Origin: an uncultured delta proteobacterium
GTDB taxonomy: Bacteria; Myxococcota_A; Polyangia; Polyangiales; Polyangiaceae
Length of the DNA stretch: 64,000 bases
Assembly (NCBI GenBank): GCA_963806225.1
Contig: CAWDXG010000001.1
Span: 1,920,001-1,984,000 of the forward strand
Reading direction: 5' to 3'
Both the position numbers and the translations under genes were made by a program. The notes beneath the pieces were generated by a model. The model worked only from the letters and a program-made list of their open reading frames with translations. It did no database searches and was not told the DNA's origin. This document shows, one piece after another, positions 1-10,174 of the stretch. Positions within the stretch are counted from its first letter, which is position 1. Every line of letters begins with the position of its first letter.

Positions 1-3000
1 GGAGCCCGACGCGTTGGCGAACCTGGATCGCATCTACAGCTCGCTGGAACAGTGGCCGGAGCTCGCCGGCGTGCTGGAAGCGAGGGCCGCGACGGCGGAA
101 GACGAGCGCGACAAGGTCGATCTGTTCTCGCGTCTGGGACAGGTCTACGAGGAGCATGCTTGGCCAGATCGACGATGCGATCCGGGCCTACCGCAGGATC
201 TTCGACGAGCTCGAGCCGACGAACGAGGAAGCGATTTTCGCGCTCGGCCGGATCTACGAGCAGAAAGAGAGCTGGGAGGAGCTGAACGCGGTGTACCAGC
301 GCGAGCTGGACAACGCCGTGGGCGACGTCCAGGAAGCGGAGATCCGCGCCAAGATGGCGCATCTGGCCGCCGAGCGGCTGGATCACGTCGAGCAGGCGGT
401 CGAGGGGTGGAAGCGTGTGCTCGACCTGCAGGGGCGAGGACCCTGAGGCGCTGTGGGCGTTGGCCGACCTGTACCAGCGTCAGGGCCAGTGGGCCGAGCT
501 GACCGACGTGCTGGAGCGGCATTTCGATATCGCCGACAGCGACGAGGATCGGGTCAACATCCTCACGCGGCGGGCGCGTCTGTTCTCGGAACAGCTCGGC
601 CGCGACGACGAGGCGCTGGAGACCTGGCAGCGCGTGCTGGACATCGATTTCTCCAACATCGCGGCACTGCGCGCCACCGCGCAGATCTGGCGCACCCGCC
701 AGGACCCGCACGAGCTGGTCAGCGCGTTGCACGCGACAATCGATCGTGCGGCGGCGCTGCTCGAGCCGGAGGAGCTGACTGGCGTCTACCGCGAGCTCGG
801 CAAGACGTACGGCGACGTGCTGGAGCAGCCGTACGACGCCGTCGGATGCCTGGCGGCACCTGCTGGATGTCGATCCCGCGGACTTCGAGGCGATGGACGA
901 GCTGGAGAAGCTCTACCGTGCCGAGGAGCGCTGGGTGGAGGTCATCGGCGTCAAGATGCAGCGCGCCGAGGCGCTCCAGGAGCCCGAGGAGAAGATCCGC
1001 GAGCTGCTCGAGGTCACTTCGCTCTGGAAGAAGGAAGTCAACGACTACGACCAGGCGACCGCGGCCTTCGAGAAGATTCTCACCATCGATCCCACGCACC
1101 AGGACGCGTTCGATGCGCTCGAGCGGCTGCACACTGCGGCAGAGCGCTGGGAGCCGGTCGTCGAGCTGTATCTCAACCGCCTCGACACGCGCGAAGACGT
1201 GGGCGAACGCAGCGATCTGCTCCGGCGCATCGCCAAGGTGTTCGAGGAGCAGCTCGACGACAACAACCAGGCGTTCGACGCCCTGGTGAATGCCTTCAGC
1301 GAGGACTACTCGGCGACGACGAGAGCGTCGCGCTACCTCGAGCGTATGGCGCAGGCCACGGGTCGCTGGGGCGAGCTGATCAACACGGCCAACGCCTGGT
1401 TGCAGGAGCAGACCGACAGCCGTCCGAAGATCCAGCTCTGCCTGCGTCTCGGCAAGTGGTACGGCGAGGACCTCGGCCATCCCGAGTATGCGCAGCCGTA
1501 CTACGCGCAGATCATGCAGATGGACCCGAACAACGTCCAGGTCCTGCGCCAGATGGCGGCGATCCATCGCATGGGCGCGCAGTGGCAGAAGATGGGCGAG
1601 ACGCTCACGCGCGCGCTCGACGTTGCCGTCGCCAACGAGGACCGCAAGGCGATCCTCGTCGACCTTGGCGAGCTGCTCGACAAGCACATGAGCCAGACCG
1701 ATCAGGGCATCTCGTTCTACAAGCGTGCCCTGGAGGTGGATTCACTGTTCCTGCCGGCGCTGGAAGCGCTCGAGCGGATCTACGACGAGCGCAGCAACCA
1801 CAGCGAGCTGGTGGAGATCCTGGGCTCGAAGGTGCAGGCGCTGACCGACGGCGAGCAGATCGCGCCAGCACAAGCTGCGCATGGGTGGCCTGTACGAGAC
1901 GGCGATCGGCGACTTCGAGCGTGCCGGCAAGGTGTACCGCGAGGTTCTCGACATCGACGGCGGCAACCTGTTCGCGCTGCGCGGCCTCGAGCGGATCGAC
2001 GAGGCCCTGCAGGACTGGCCGGATCTGGTGGAGGTTCTCGAGCGGCAGCTGGATGTGGTCGAGACCGAGCGCGAGCGCGTGGACGTGCTGCTCAAGCTGG
2101 CGCACATCCAGGAGGAGCAGTTCCTCAAGCCGGATGTGGCGGCGCAGCGGCTCGAGCAGGCGCTGGAGATCGATCCCACCTCGGAGCAGGCGTACGTGGC
2201 GCTGGAGCGCTGCTACCGCCGCCTCAAGCAGTGGCTCGACCTCATCAACACCTACGAGCGGCACATCAGCGAAGCCGCCGACTATGCAGCGAAGATCGAG
2301 CTGTACGGCCAGATCGCACAGGTGTCTACAGCGACGAGGTCGGAGACATCGACCGCGCCATCGATGCCTACCAGAACATCGTCGATCTGGACGAAGCGAA
2401 CATCCCGGCGCTCTGGAAGCACTCAGCAAGCTCTTCGAAAAGCAGGGCGATGCGTCGCGCGCCATCGATGCGATGACCCGCGTCGCCGATCTGACGACGG
2501 ACGGCACCCAGCGCGTCGAGATGTACTACCGCATCGGCAAGTCGCTGGAGGAGAAGCTCGGCGATCGCATGCAGGCGCAGGAGCGCTTCGAGATGGCGCT
2601 CGATCTGGATCCTGCGCATCTGCCGTCGCTCGCGGCGCTCAGGACCATCGCCATCGACGAGGCGGACTGGGATCGCGCTGCGCGCTACCTGGAGCAGGAG
2701 CAGATGAACACCCAGGCGCCGCGCGCCCGCGCGAAGCTGCTGGTCGAGCTCGGCAAGCTGCGCGACGAGATGCTCAGCGAGCACGAGCTGGCCGTGCAGG
2801 CCTACGAGCTCGCGATGCAGTGCGACGAGGACTGCGAGGAAGCGGCGCTACCGCTCGTGGAGGAGTACATCCGCGACCGAACGCTGGCCCGAGGCGGAGC
2901 CGCTCGCGGAGATGCTCGTCAAGAAGAGCAAGAACCGCGAGCGCCACGAGCAGCACACGCTGTACAAGCTGCAGGGCAAGGTGCTGGCGGCGCTGGGCAA

Positions 3001-5020
3001 GGACGACAAGGCCCTCAAGGCCTACCAGACTGCGCATCAGCTCGATCTGACGGATCAGGAGACCATCCGCGGCATCGCCGACGTCGCCTTCCGTCTCAAG
3101 GACTGGCCGAGCGCGCTGACGAATTACCAGAAGGTGCTCACCGCGCTCGGCGAGGAGGACGTCGAGGAGCGCACCGACGTCTACTACCGGCTCGGCTGCA
3201 TCAAGCGCGAGCAGGGCCAGGCCAAGCAGGCCATCAACAACTTCGAGAAGGCGCTGGCGCTGAACAGCGAGCACCGTCCCACGCTCGATGCTCTGGTCGG
3301 ACATCTACACGCAGGCCAACGACTGGAAGCAGGTCGCCGCGTACAAGCGGCAGATCCTCGACAGCGTGTTCGAGGGCGAGGAGCGCTACCAGATCCTCAA
3401 TGAAATCGGGGACATCTGGAGCGAGAAGGAGAAGAACGCCGCAACAAGGCGATCGAGGCACTCGAGGAGGCCCTCGAGCTCAAGCCCGAGGACCACATCC
3501 TGCTTCACAAGCTACTGCAGCTCTACCAGTCGGCCGGCGACTGGCAGAAGATGGTCGATACGCTGCAGGCAATCGCCGACATCGAAGAGAAGCCGGAGTT
3601 CAAGGCCCGCTACTTCTTCACGATGGCGCAGGTCTATCCGCGACAAGATCGAGGACATGGACCGGGCGGTCGAGCTGTTCAACGAGGCGCTGGATCTCAA
3701 CCCGAGCTACCTGGAGGCGTTCGAGCGCATCAACAAGATCCTGACCCAGGAGAAGAACTGGAAGCAGCTCGAGCGTTCCTACCGGAAGATGCTCCACCGC
3801 ATCGCCGGCAAGGGGAACAACGACCTCGAGCACACGCTGTGGCACCAGCTCGGTCTGGTCTATCGCGACCGCCTCGGTCAGACGGACGAGGCGATCGAGG
3901 CGTTCAAGATGGCCGCGACCGCCAAGCCGGGCGCGCTACTGGAACACCAGATCCTGGCGGAGCTGTACGAAAACACCGAGCGCTACGACGAGGCGATCAC
4001 CGAACAGCGCTCGATCCTCGGGCACGACTCGCTGCACGTCGATCCGTACCGGGCCCTGTATCGTCTGTATCTGCAGAAGCACGCCTACGACGAGGCGTGG
4101 CTGGCTGGCGGCGGCCATGGCGTTCATGAAGAAGACCGACGAGGAGGAGCAGCGCTTCTTCGAGGACTACCGGCCGCAGGGGATGCTGCAGGTGAAGGGC
4201 CGGCTCTCCAACGACCTGTGGACCCGGCACCTGTTCCACCCGGACGAGAACCTCTACATCTCGAAGATCTTCGAGATGATCGCTCCGGCCGCGCTGCAGG
4301 CGAAGATCGCGCAGCTCAAGGCACAGAACAAGCTGCCGGTGCTCGACAAGCGGTTCAAGCAGGATCCGGCCAACTCGACTGTGACCTTTGCCAAGACCTT
4401 CGGCTGGGCCGCCCAGGTGCTGGGAGTTCCGTCGCCGGAGCTGTACGTCCGCAACGACGTGCCGGGTTCGGTGGTCGCGGTGCCGGCAGTCCCGCCGGCT
4501 TCCGTTGCAGGACAGACCGTTCTGACCGGGTTCCAGCCGCAGGAGCTGACGTTCATCTGCGGCAAGCACCTGGCGCAGTACCGGGGCGAGCACTACATCC
4601 GCACGCTGTTCCCCACGCAGGCAGAGCTGACCATCATGCTGTTCGCGGGCGTGATGATCGCGGCGCCCAACACGCCGATGCCGCAGGACACGGCCAAGCA
4701 GATCCGGGCGACGGCGCAGGAGCTTGCCAAGTACATGCAGCCGGTGCAGATGGAAGGCCTGCGTATGGTGGTCAAGCGCTTCATCGAAGAAGGAGCGAAG
4801 GCCAACATCAAGCGCTGGAACCAGGCGGTCGGAGCTAACGGCCTGTCGCGCCGGCCTGCTGGTCTCCGCAGACCTCGAGATCGCCAAGAAGATCATCAGT
4901 GCGGAGCCGCAGCTCCCGGGCGATCTGTCGGCCGCCGACAAGATGAAGGAGCTGCTCGTGTTCAGCGTCAGCGAGGACTACGCGCAGCTACGCAAGGCGC
5001 TCGGCATCGCCATCGGCTAG
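1..5020 (+). CDS. Giant tetratricopeptide-repeat protein (AgmK/GltI-like), 5'-truncated by the window and broken by about a dozen frameshifts; C-terminal degenerate M48-peptidase-like domain
   Basis: TPR-like helical repeats continue across ORFs 14, 156, 415, 893, 1881, 2912, 3288, 3551, 4117 and 4724 (e.g. 'AIRAYRRIFDELEPTNEEAIFALGRIYEQ', 'YKRALEVDSLFLPALEALERIY'). Ends 'VFSVSEDYAQLRKALGIAIG*' at 5020. The GltI/AgmK resemblance is recalled, not searched. Confidence 0.8.
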
Positions 5021-5103
5021 CGGCGCGTGCGCCACGCGGCGCGAGCGCACCACGCGCCCCGGCGGAGCACTCCGGCGGGGATGGGCGAGTGGGATGCGAG
5101 CGT

Positions 5104-5973
5104 CTACTTGCCCGGCAGATCGACAATCAGCCTGAGCCCGACGTTGAACGACAGATGCGCGCTCGCGTTGCCCGAGGTCTGCGAAGGTCGGCTGAGGTAG
5201 TGACCGGCGTCGAGCTCCATGTAGGGGCCGAAGCCGAAGTTGCTGAAGGCGTACCAGTCACCGCCGACGCGCAGCCGTAGCCATTCGAGCCCCGAATACG
5301 ACAGATCGCCGCCCGGGGCGCCGGCGATCTTCGTGCTGCGGAAGCCGAGGCCGGCGCTCATCCACGGGTCGAAACGCGTGCCCTGCACCAGGTGGTAGCG
5401 GACGAACGGGCCCGCCGCGAAGCTGGTGGTCTTGCACCCGCTGCACGAGCTGCCCGCTCCTAGCGACAGCGCCTGGCCCCAGGCGCCGATGACGACGCTG
5501 CGGCTGACGCCGTAGCCGAGCTCGGCTCCGAAGCCCCAGCCCACGCCCATCAGATGCGAGGCGGCGGCATTCTGCTGCAGCTCGCCGAAGGGGACGGCCA
5601 GCCCGGCCGACCCGGCCACGCTGAAGTGCCCGCCTAGCGTGTCGACCGCAGGCGGAATCAGCGCCGGGGCGGTACCGACATCCGGCGTGTCGTCGTCATC
5701 ATCGTCGTTGTCCGCTGTGTCTTCCGCCGCGGTTTCTTTGCCTTGTTCTGCGGCGGGCGCGGTCGCGTTGTCGCTGGACGCCTCGCCCTGCTCGGTGTCG
5801 GTGCCCGTCTCGCCGTGGTCGGTGTCGTTGCCCGTCTCGCCCTGCTCGGTGTCGGGAGCGCTGTTGTTGCCCGGGGCGGCGGCGGAGGTCGGGGGCGGCG
5901 GCGCAGGCTGGGCGGCAGCCGGAAGCGACGCAAGCACCGCCGAAGCGGCAAGCAGGGTGGCCTGGAAACGCAT
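5104..5973 (-). CDS. Secreted outer-membrane beta-barrel protein (8-stranded OmpA-like) with an acidic N-terminal linker
   Basis: Signal peptide MRFQATLLAASAVLASLPAAAQ; Gly/aromatic alternating strands (GWGFGAELGYG, FAAGPFVRYHL, FDPWMSAGLGF, LSFNVGLRL). Start set at ATG 5973 within ORF 5104..6474. Confidence 0.7.
   Translation of the reverse strand: MRFQATLLAASAVLASLPAAAQPAPPPPTSAAAPGNNSAPDTEQGETGNDTDHGETGTDTEQGEASSDNATAPAAEQGKETAAEDTADNDDDDDDTPDVGTAPALIPPAVDTLGGHFSVAGSAGLAVPFGELQQNAAASHLMGVGWGFGAELGYGVSRSVVIGAWGQALSLGAGSSCSGCKTTSFAAGPFVRYHLVQGTRFDPWMSAGLGFRSTKIAGAPGGDLSYSGLEWLRLRVGGDWYAFSNFGFGPYMELDAGHYLSRPSQTSGNASAHLSFNVGLRLIVDLPGK
5782..5853 (-). repeat. 27-bp in-frame tandem repeat, ~2.7 copies (DT[ED][QH]GETG[NT])
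   Basis: ctcgccctgctcggtgtc(ggtgcccgt) unit repeated on the + strand. Confidence 0.8.
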
Positions 5974-6108
5974 GCGCGCCTTGTTAGCACTGGCCGCCCG
6001 CGCCGGGGAGCCCCCTGGTCCCGACAGTGACCGGCCGTGCGCCCGGATCCGCGTTGGAGCGGGCGAAGCGCGCAACCGCAGGCTGCGCTGGTCGATGGAG
6101 CATGGGCG

Positions 6109-7452
6109 ATGACACGGACGTTGGATCGGGGTGATGTGGACGTTCTGGACAACCTGGGCCCGGGTGCGCCGACACCGCCGCCGGAGGAGCAGACACTCGA
6201 GCTCCGCTGGCAGCCTGCGCGCGGCCCCTGGGCGCTCGAGATCGGAACACCCGAGGACACGCGCTCCGTGCCGCTGGTCGTCGGCGAACGACTCACTCTG
6301 GGCAGCGGGCGCGCGGCGGGAGTGCGGATACGGGATCGAGCGGTGAGCGCGCGCCACTGCGTGGTGCACGCCACGGAGCGCGGAATCGTGGTCGAGGATC
6401 TCGATTCCAGGAACGGGCTGTTTGTCGGAGCCGCGCGGGTGGGCTCCGCCGTGCTTGCGGGCGAGGGCAGCCACTTCGTGATCGGACAGACCAGCGTTGC
6501 GGTCCGCCAGGCTGAACCGGACGTCCCGCGTCGCGTCGGCGGCGCGCTACCCGGCGTGGTCGGCAGCTCGCAGGTCATGCTGCGTGTCGCAGAGGAGGTC
6601 CGTCGTTTCGCCCGCACGCCAGCCGCCGTACTGGTGCAGGGCGAGTCCGGTACCGGCAAGGACCTGGTGGCGCGCGCGCTGCACACGCTCGGGCGTCGCA
6701 GCGGCGCCTACGTGCCGCTCAACGTCGGCGCCATCGCGGAGTCGCTGGCGGACGCCGAGCTGTTCGGTCACCGGAGGGGCGCCTTCACCGGCGCGGTCGC
6801 TGCGCGGAGTGGAGCGTTCGAGCAGGCGCACCGCGGCACCCTGTTTCTGGACGAGGTGGCGGAGCTCTCGCCGGCTATCCAGGTCAAGCTGCTCAGGGTC
6901 GTGGAGGACAAGTCGGTGCGCCCCCTGGGCGCTACGAAGCCGGTGCAGGTCGACACGCGCATCGTGTCGGCCAGCTGGGAGTCGCTCGCGGATTGCGTGG
7001 AGGCCGGGCGCTTCCGCCTTGACCTGTACCAGCGGCTGGCGACCCTGGTCGTCCGGCTGCCCCCGCTCAGGCAGCGCAAGAGCGATATCCCTGCTCTCTC
7101 CGAGGCCCTGCTCTCGCGCTACCGCGACGAGGTCGGGCCGCGGCGGCTGTCGAGCGCCGCGCTGGCGAAGCTCGTCTCCTCGAACTGGCCGGGCAATGTG
7201 CGCGAGCTCGGCAGCGTGCTCTACCGGGCGGCCGTGGTCGCCGACGGGGAGCACATCGAAGCGCGGCACGTGGACGGTGCCATGCCCGAGCAGCGATCGG
7301 CGCACGCGGTCCAGATGACGCCGGGGGAGGCGCTCGAGTTGCTCGAGCGGCACAAGGGCAATGTCAGCGCGGCTGCACGCGCCGCGCGCGTGGCCCGAAG
7401 CACGTTCCGCGCGTGGGTGGAACGGGAGCGACGCAGGCGGTTGTCGGACTGA
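6109..7452 (+). CDS. FHA-domain sigma-54-dependent transcriptional activator (FHA + AAA+ + HTH)
   Basis: FHA 'LGSG...DRAVSARH...EDLDSRNG'; Walker [29 protein letters not shown]-terminal 'GNVSAAARAARVARSTF' HTH. Confidence 0.9.
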   Translation: MTRTLDRGDVDVLDNLGPGAPTPPPEEQTLELRWQPARGPWALEIGTPEDTRSVPLVVGERLTLGSGRAAGVRIRDRAVSARHCVVHATERGIVVEDLDSRNGLFVGAARVGSAVLAGEGSHFVIGQTSVAVRQAEPDVPRRVGGALPGVVGSSQVMLRVAEEVRRFARTPAAVLVQGESGTGKDLVARALHTLGRRSGAYVPLNVGAIAESLADAELFGHRRGAFTGAVAARSGAFEQAHRGTLFLDEVAELSPAIQVKLLRVVEDKSVRPLGATKPVQVDTRIVSASWESLADCVEAGRFRLDLYQRLATLVVRLPPLRQRKSDIPALSEALLSRYRDEVGPRRLSSAALAKLVSSNWPGNVRELGSVLYRAAVVADGEHIEARHVDGAMPEQRSAHAVQMTPGEALELLERHKGNVSAAARAARVARSTFRAWVERERRRRLSD

Positions 7453-7524
7453 CGCGCGCCGAGGCTTCGCTGGTGCGTGCGTGCGCCCGGCGCTCCGGAT
7501 CCGCAACGCTCCGGGCGACCGCGA

Positions 7525-8736
7525 TCAGAACGTGCCGACCACGCCCAGCCCGCCGACGGAGGGGGCCACGATCGGCACGAATGCGGCGCGCACGCCGCCG
7601 GCCGATGCGCCTTCCTGCGCGGGCTTCTTCTTGCTGTCGACGAAGTAGTAGACGACGGTGCCGCCCGCCGCGACGCCCGCCAGGACGAAGCCCACGACCG
7701 AGAGGGTCTTGTCCGTGTCGCCCGTGTTGACGTTGTCCTGGTACTGCTGGCAGGCCCCTGCGTACTTCTGTCCCGGGGCTGCGTAGGCGGCGTTGTTGCA
7801 GAGGCCGGCCGTCGGAATGCCGTCCGCGCTCGCGTGCGCCTTGATCTGGTTGGCAACGTCGTCGGCGGAGCCGTACGCGCTATGCGACGCGACCGCGAAG
7901 CCGATGCCTGCTCCGAGACCCACGAGCGTGATGCCGCCGCCGACCCAGGCCAGCTTGTTGTGCGCGGCCCAGTCGAGGAACGGTTGGCGCTCCCCGCCCG
8001 TGTCCATCTTGAACCCGCCTCCGGCCTGACCCGGACCGCCTGGAGGAGGCGCCCCGGTCGCTGGCCCTGTCGGTCCTGCAGGTGGCCCACCGCCCATTGG
8101 CGGCGCTGCGCCCGCGGGGGGCGGCGCCGCTCCGGCCCCGGACATCGTGGTTGGGGGCGCGCCAATCGTGATGTTGACGGTGTTGGTCACTCCGGCGGCG
8201 GCGTTGACGTTCACTGTCCCCGCCTTGCCGTTCTTGCGCGCTTCGAGCGTGTGGTTGCCTGGCTTGAGATAGATGGGACCGGCGAGCGGCGCTTTGCCCT
8301 GGGACGTGTTGTCGATGAAAACCTCGGCGCCGGACTGGCTCACCCGCAGGTTGATCTCGGCGACCTTGCTCTTGGCCGCGTCCAGGCCCTTCTGGGCGTC
8401 CGCCTTCTCCGCCGGGGACGACTCCTTCGCGTCGCGCAGGAACTTGGAGAAGTGCTTGGCTGCGTCCGCTTCGTGTCCAGAGTGCAGCTCGCTCTGCGCG
8501 AGGTTCAGGAGCACGGCGGGATGTTTCTTCAGGGCGTAGGCCTGCAGGAACGCGGCGCGTGCGTCGTCGTATTTCTTCTGGTCGTAGTACTTGACGCCCT
8601 CCTGGAAGCGTTCGCGTGCCATCTTGAGCACGGCGTCGTCCTGCGCGAAGGCCGTCGAGGGGAGCAACGGCACGGAGGCCAGACCGACGAAAGATGCGGA
8701 GAGAAGGAGGGCAAGGGAGCGGGCGCGGAGTTTCAT
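7525..8736 (-). CDS. Secreted TPR + PEGA-domain protein
   Basis: Signal peptide; TPR 'ARERFQEGVKYYDQKKYDDARAAFLQAYAL'; PEGA 'GAEVFIDN..GKAPL..PIYLKPGNHTLEARK'; C-terminal hydrophobic segments ending 'GLGVVGTF'. Confidence 0.85.
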   Translation of the reverse strand: MKLRARSLALLLSASFVGLASVPLLPSTAFAQDDAVLKMARERFQEGVKYYDQKKYDDARAAFLQAYALKKHPAVLLNLAQSELHSGHEADAAKHFSKFLRDAKESSPAEKADAQKGLDAAKSKVAEINLRVSQSGAEVFIDNTSQGKAPLAGPIYLKPGNHTLEARKNGKAGTVNVNAAAGVTNTVNITIGAPPTTMSGAGAAPPPAGAAPPMGGGPPAGPTGPATGAPPPGGPGQAGGGFKMDTGGERQPFLDWAAHNKLAWVGGGITLVGLGAGIGFAVASHSAYGSADDVANQIKAHASADGIPTAGLCNNAAYAAPGQKYAGACQQYQDNVNTGDTDKTLSVVGFVLAGVAAGGTVVYYFVDSKKKPAQEGASAGGVRAAFVPIVAPSVGGLGVVGTF

Positions 8737-8794
8737 TGAAGCCTCGTCGAGACGCTGCGAGCGGGACGGAGCGTCCCGTGCATCGCAGCTCAGC

Positions 8795-9982
8795 TTAGAA
8801 CGGGGTTTTCCGGACTATAGATCCGGAGCCGGACTTCGGGGCAGCCTTGTGCGTCGAGGCCTTGTGCGGGGCCGCGTGCGTCGTTCGCTTCTTGGCCGGG
8901 GCGTGCGTCGCCGCCGGCCGCGCGGCGTGGTGCACAGGCGGGGCAGGCTTCGCGGTCGGGGCGGGTTCCGCGGTTTTTTCCGGCTCGGTGGTGGCCGCGG
9001 GCTCGGTGGTGGCCGCGGGCTCGGTGGTGGCCGCGGGCTCGGTGGTGGCCGCGGGCTCGGTGGTGGCCGCGGGCTCTTCGGGCTCGGTCGCCTGCGGCTT
9101 CGCGGTCGTGGCCGGCACCGACTCGCTGCGCCCAGCGCTGTCGTCGCTCTTTCCGGAGCCGATAGCCGCCTTTACCCCGACTGCCAGGAGAATCGCGGCG
9201 GCGATCCCCATGATTGCCATCACCACCTTCCGGTTCTTCTCCGGCGGTCGGTGGACGGGCTCGTCGGCGGCCAGGAGCACATCGGCCGTCGGCGCCGCGA
9301 GGGTGGGCTCCAGTTTGACGGGTTGCCCGGCCCCTGCGGCTTCCTTTTCTTCGGCGGGTTCTTTTTCCTCGGCGGGTTCTTTTTCCTCGGCGGGCTTTCC
9401 CGTGTCGGCAGTGGCCTCGGCTTGCCCGGTGTCCACGTCGACGTCGATGCCGTCGTCGCCAACCTTCTCGTCCGCGCTGGTCTTGTCGACCTCTGCCTTG
9501 CTGGCGGCGGCTTCCGGCTCCTGTTTCCCGGAGGCTGTCGGTGGCGGAGCGATGCCCATCACGGTCTTCTTGCCCGCGGGCGCGTCGGCTTTCGTCGCCG
9601 TCGCTTCGCCGGCCGGTTCCGGGGGCGGCGCCATGCCCATCATGGTCTTCTTGCCAAGGCGAGCGTCGGCTTTTTCCCCGGCAGCCTTGTCCGGAGCTGG
9701 TTCCGGTTTCTTCTCCGCCGCCGGGGGCGACGCCTCGGGCGTAGGTGCTTTTACGGCACCCATCCCGATCATGGTCTTCTTCCGGTCGGGCTTCTTGGGG
9801 GGGGTCGGTGCCGGTGGCGCTGCCGCGGCTTCCTCGGGCTCGGCGGCTTCCTCCGGTTCCTGTTCCCAGAGCGGCGTGAACTGGTCGGCGAGACGCTCAG
9901 CCTCGTCGGCCGTCACGCCGTCCGGAGTCTTCTTGCCTTGCGCAGCGCTACTTCCAGGCTGCTGATCCGGACGGTCGACCAT
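8795..9982 (-). CDS. Hypothetical single-pass membrane protein, Pro/Ala/Glu-rich, with three KKTxxG motifs and PAATTE repeats
   Basis: 395-aa ORF with one TM (VVMAIMGIAAAILLAVGV); C-terminus 'GSIVRKTPF'; co-oriented with the PEGA gene. Confidence 0.75.
   Translation of the reverse strand: MVDRPDQQPGSSAAQGKKTPDGVTADEAERLADQFTPLWEQEPEEAAEPEEAAAAPPAPTPPKKPDRKKTMIGMGAVKAPTPEASPPAAEKKPEPAPDKAAGEKADARLGKKTMMGMAPPPEPAGEATATKADAPAGKKTVMGIAPPPTASGKQEPEAAASKAEVDKTSADEKVGDDGIDVDVDTGQAEATADTGKPAEEKEPAEEKEPAEEKEAAGAGQPVKLEPTLAAPTADVLLAADEPVHRPPEKNRKVVMAIMGIAAAILLAVGVKAAIGSGKSDDSAGRSESVPATTAKPQATEPEEPAATTEPAATTEPAATTEPAATTEPAATTEPEKTAEPAPTAKPAPPVHHAARPAATHAPAKKRTTHAAPHKASTHKAAPKSGSGSIVRKTPF
8982..9076 (-). 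repeat. 18-bp perfect tandem repeat x5 (PAATTE)
   Basis: ggctcggtggtggccgcg repeated five times on the + strand. Confidence 0.95.
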
Positions 9983-10174
9983 GGGAACTCCCTAATCTTG
10001 AAGCGGAAATAGGCTAGCACCCGCTACAGCATCAGTGCAATGCGGCGGGCTACGAAGGTGGTGGCGTGCCGGAAACTGGTCGCGGGCGGCTCCGGGTGCT
10101 TGATTTCCCGGGTTCGGGCGGAAATGACGGTAGGACGGGCCAGTTCGAGAGCGCGCTGCAAAGGCGTGCCGCCA

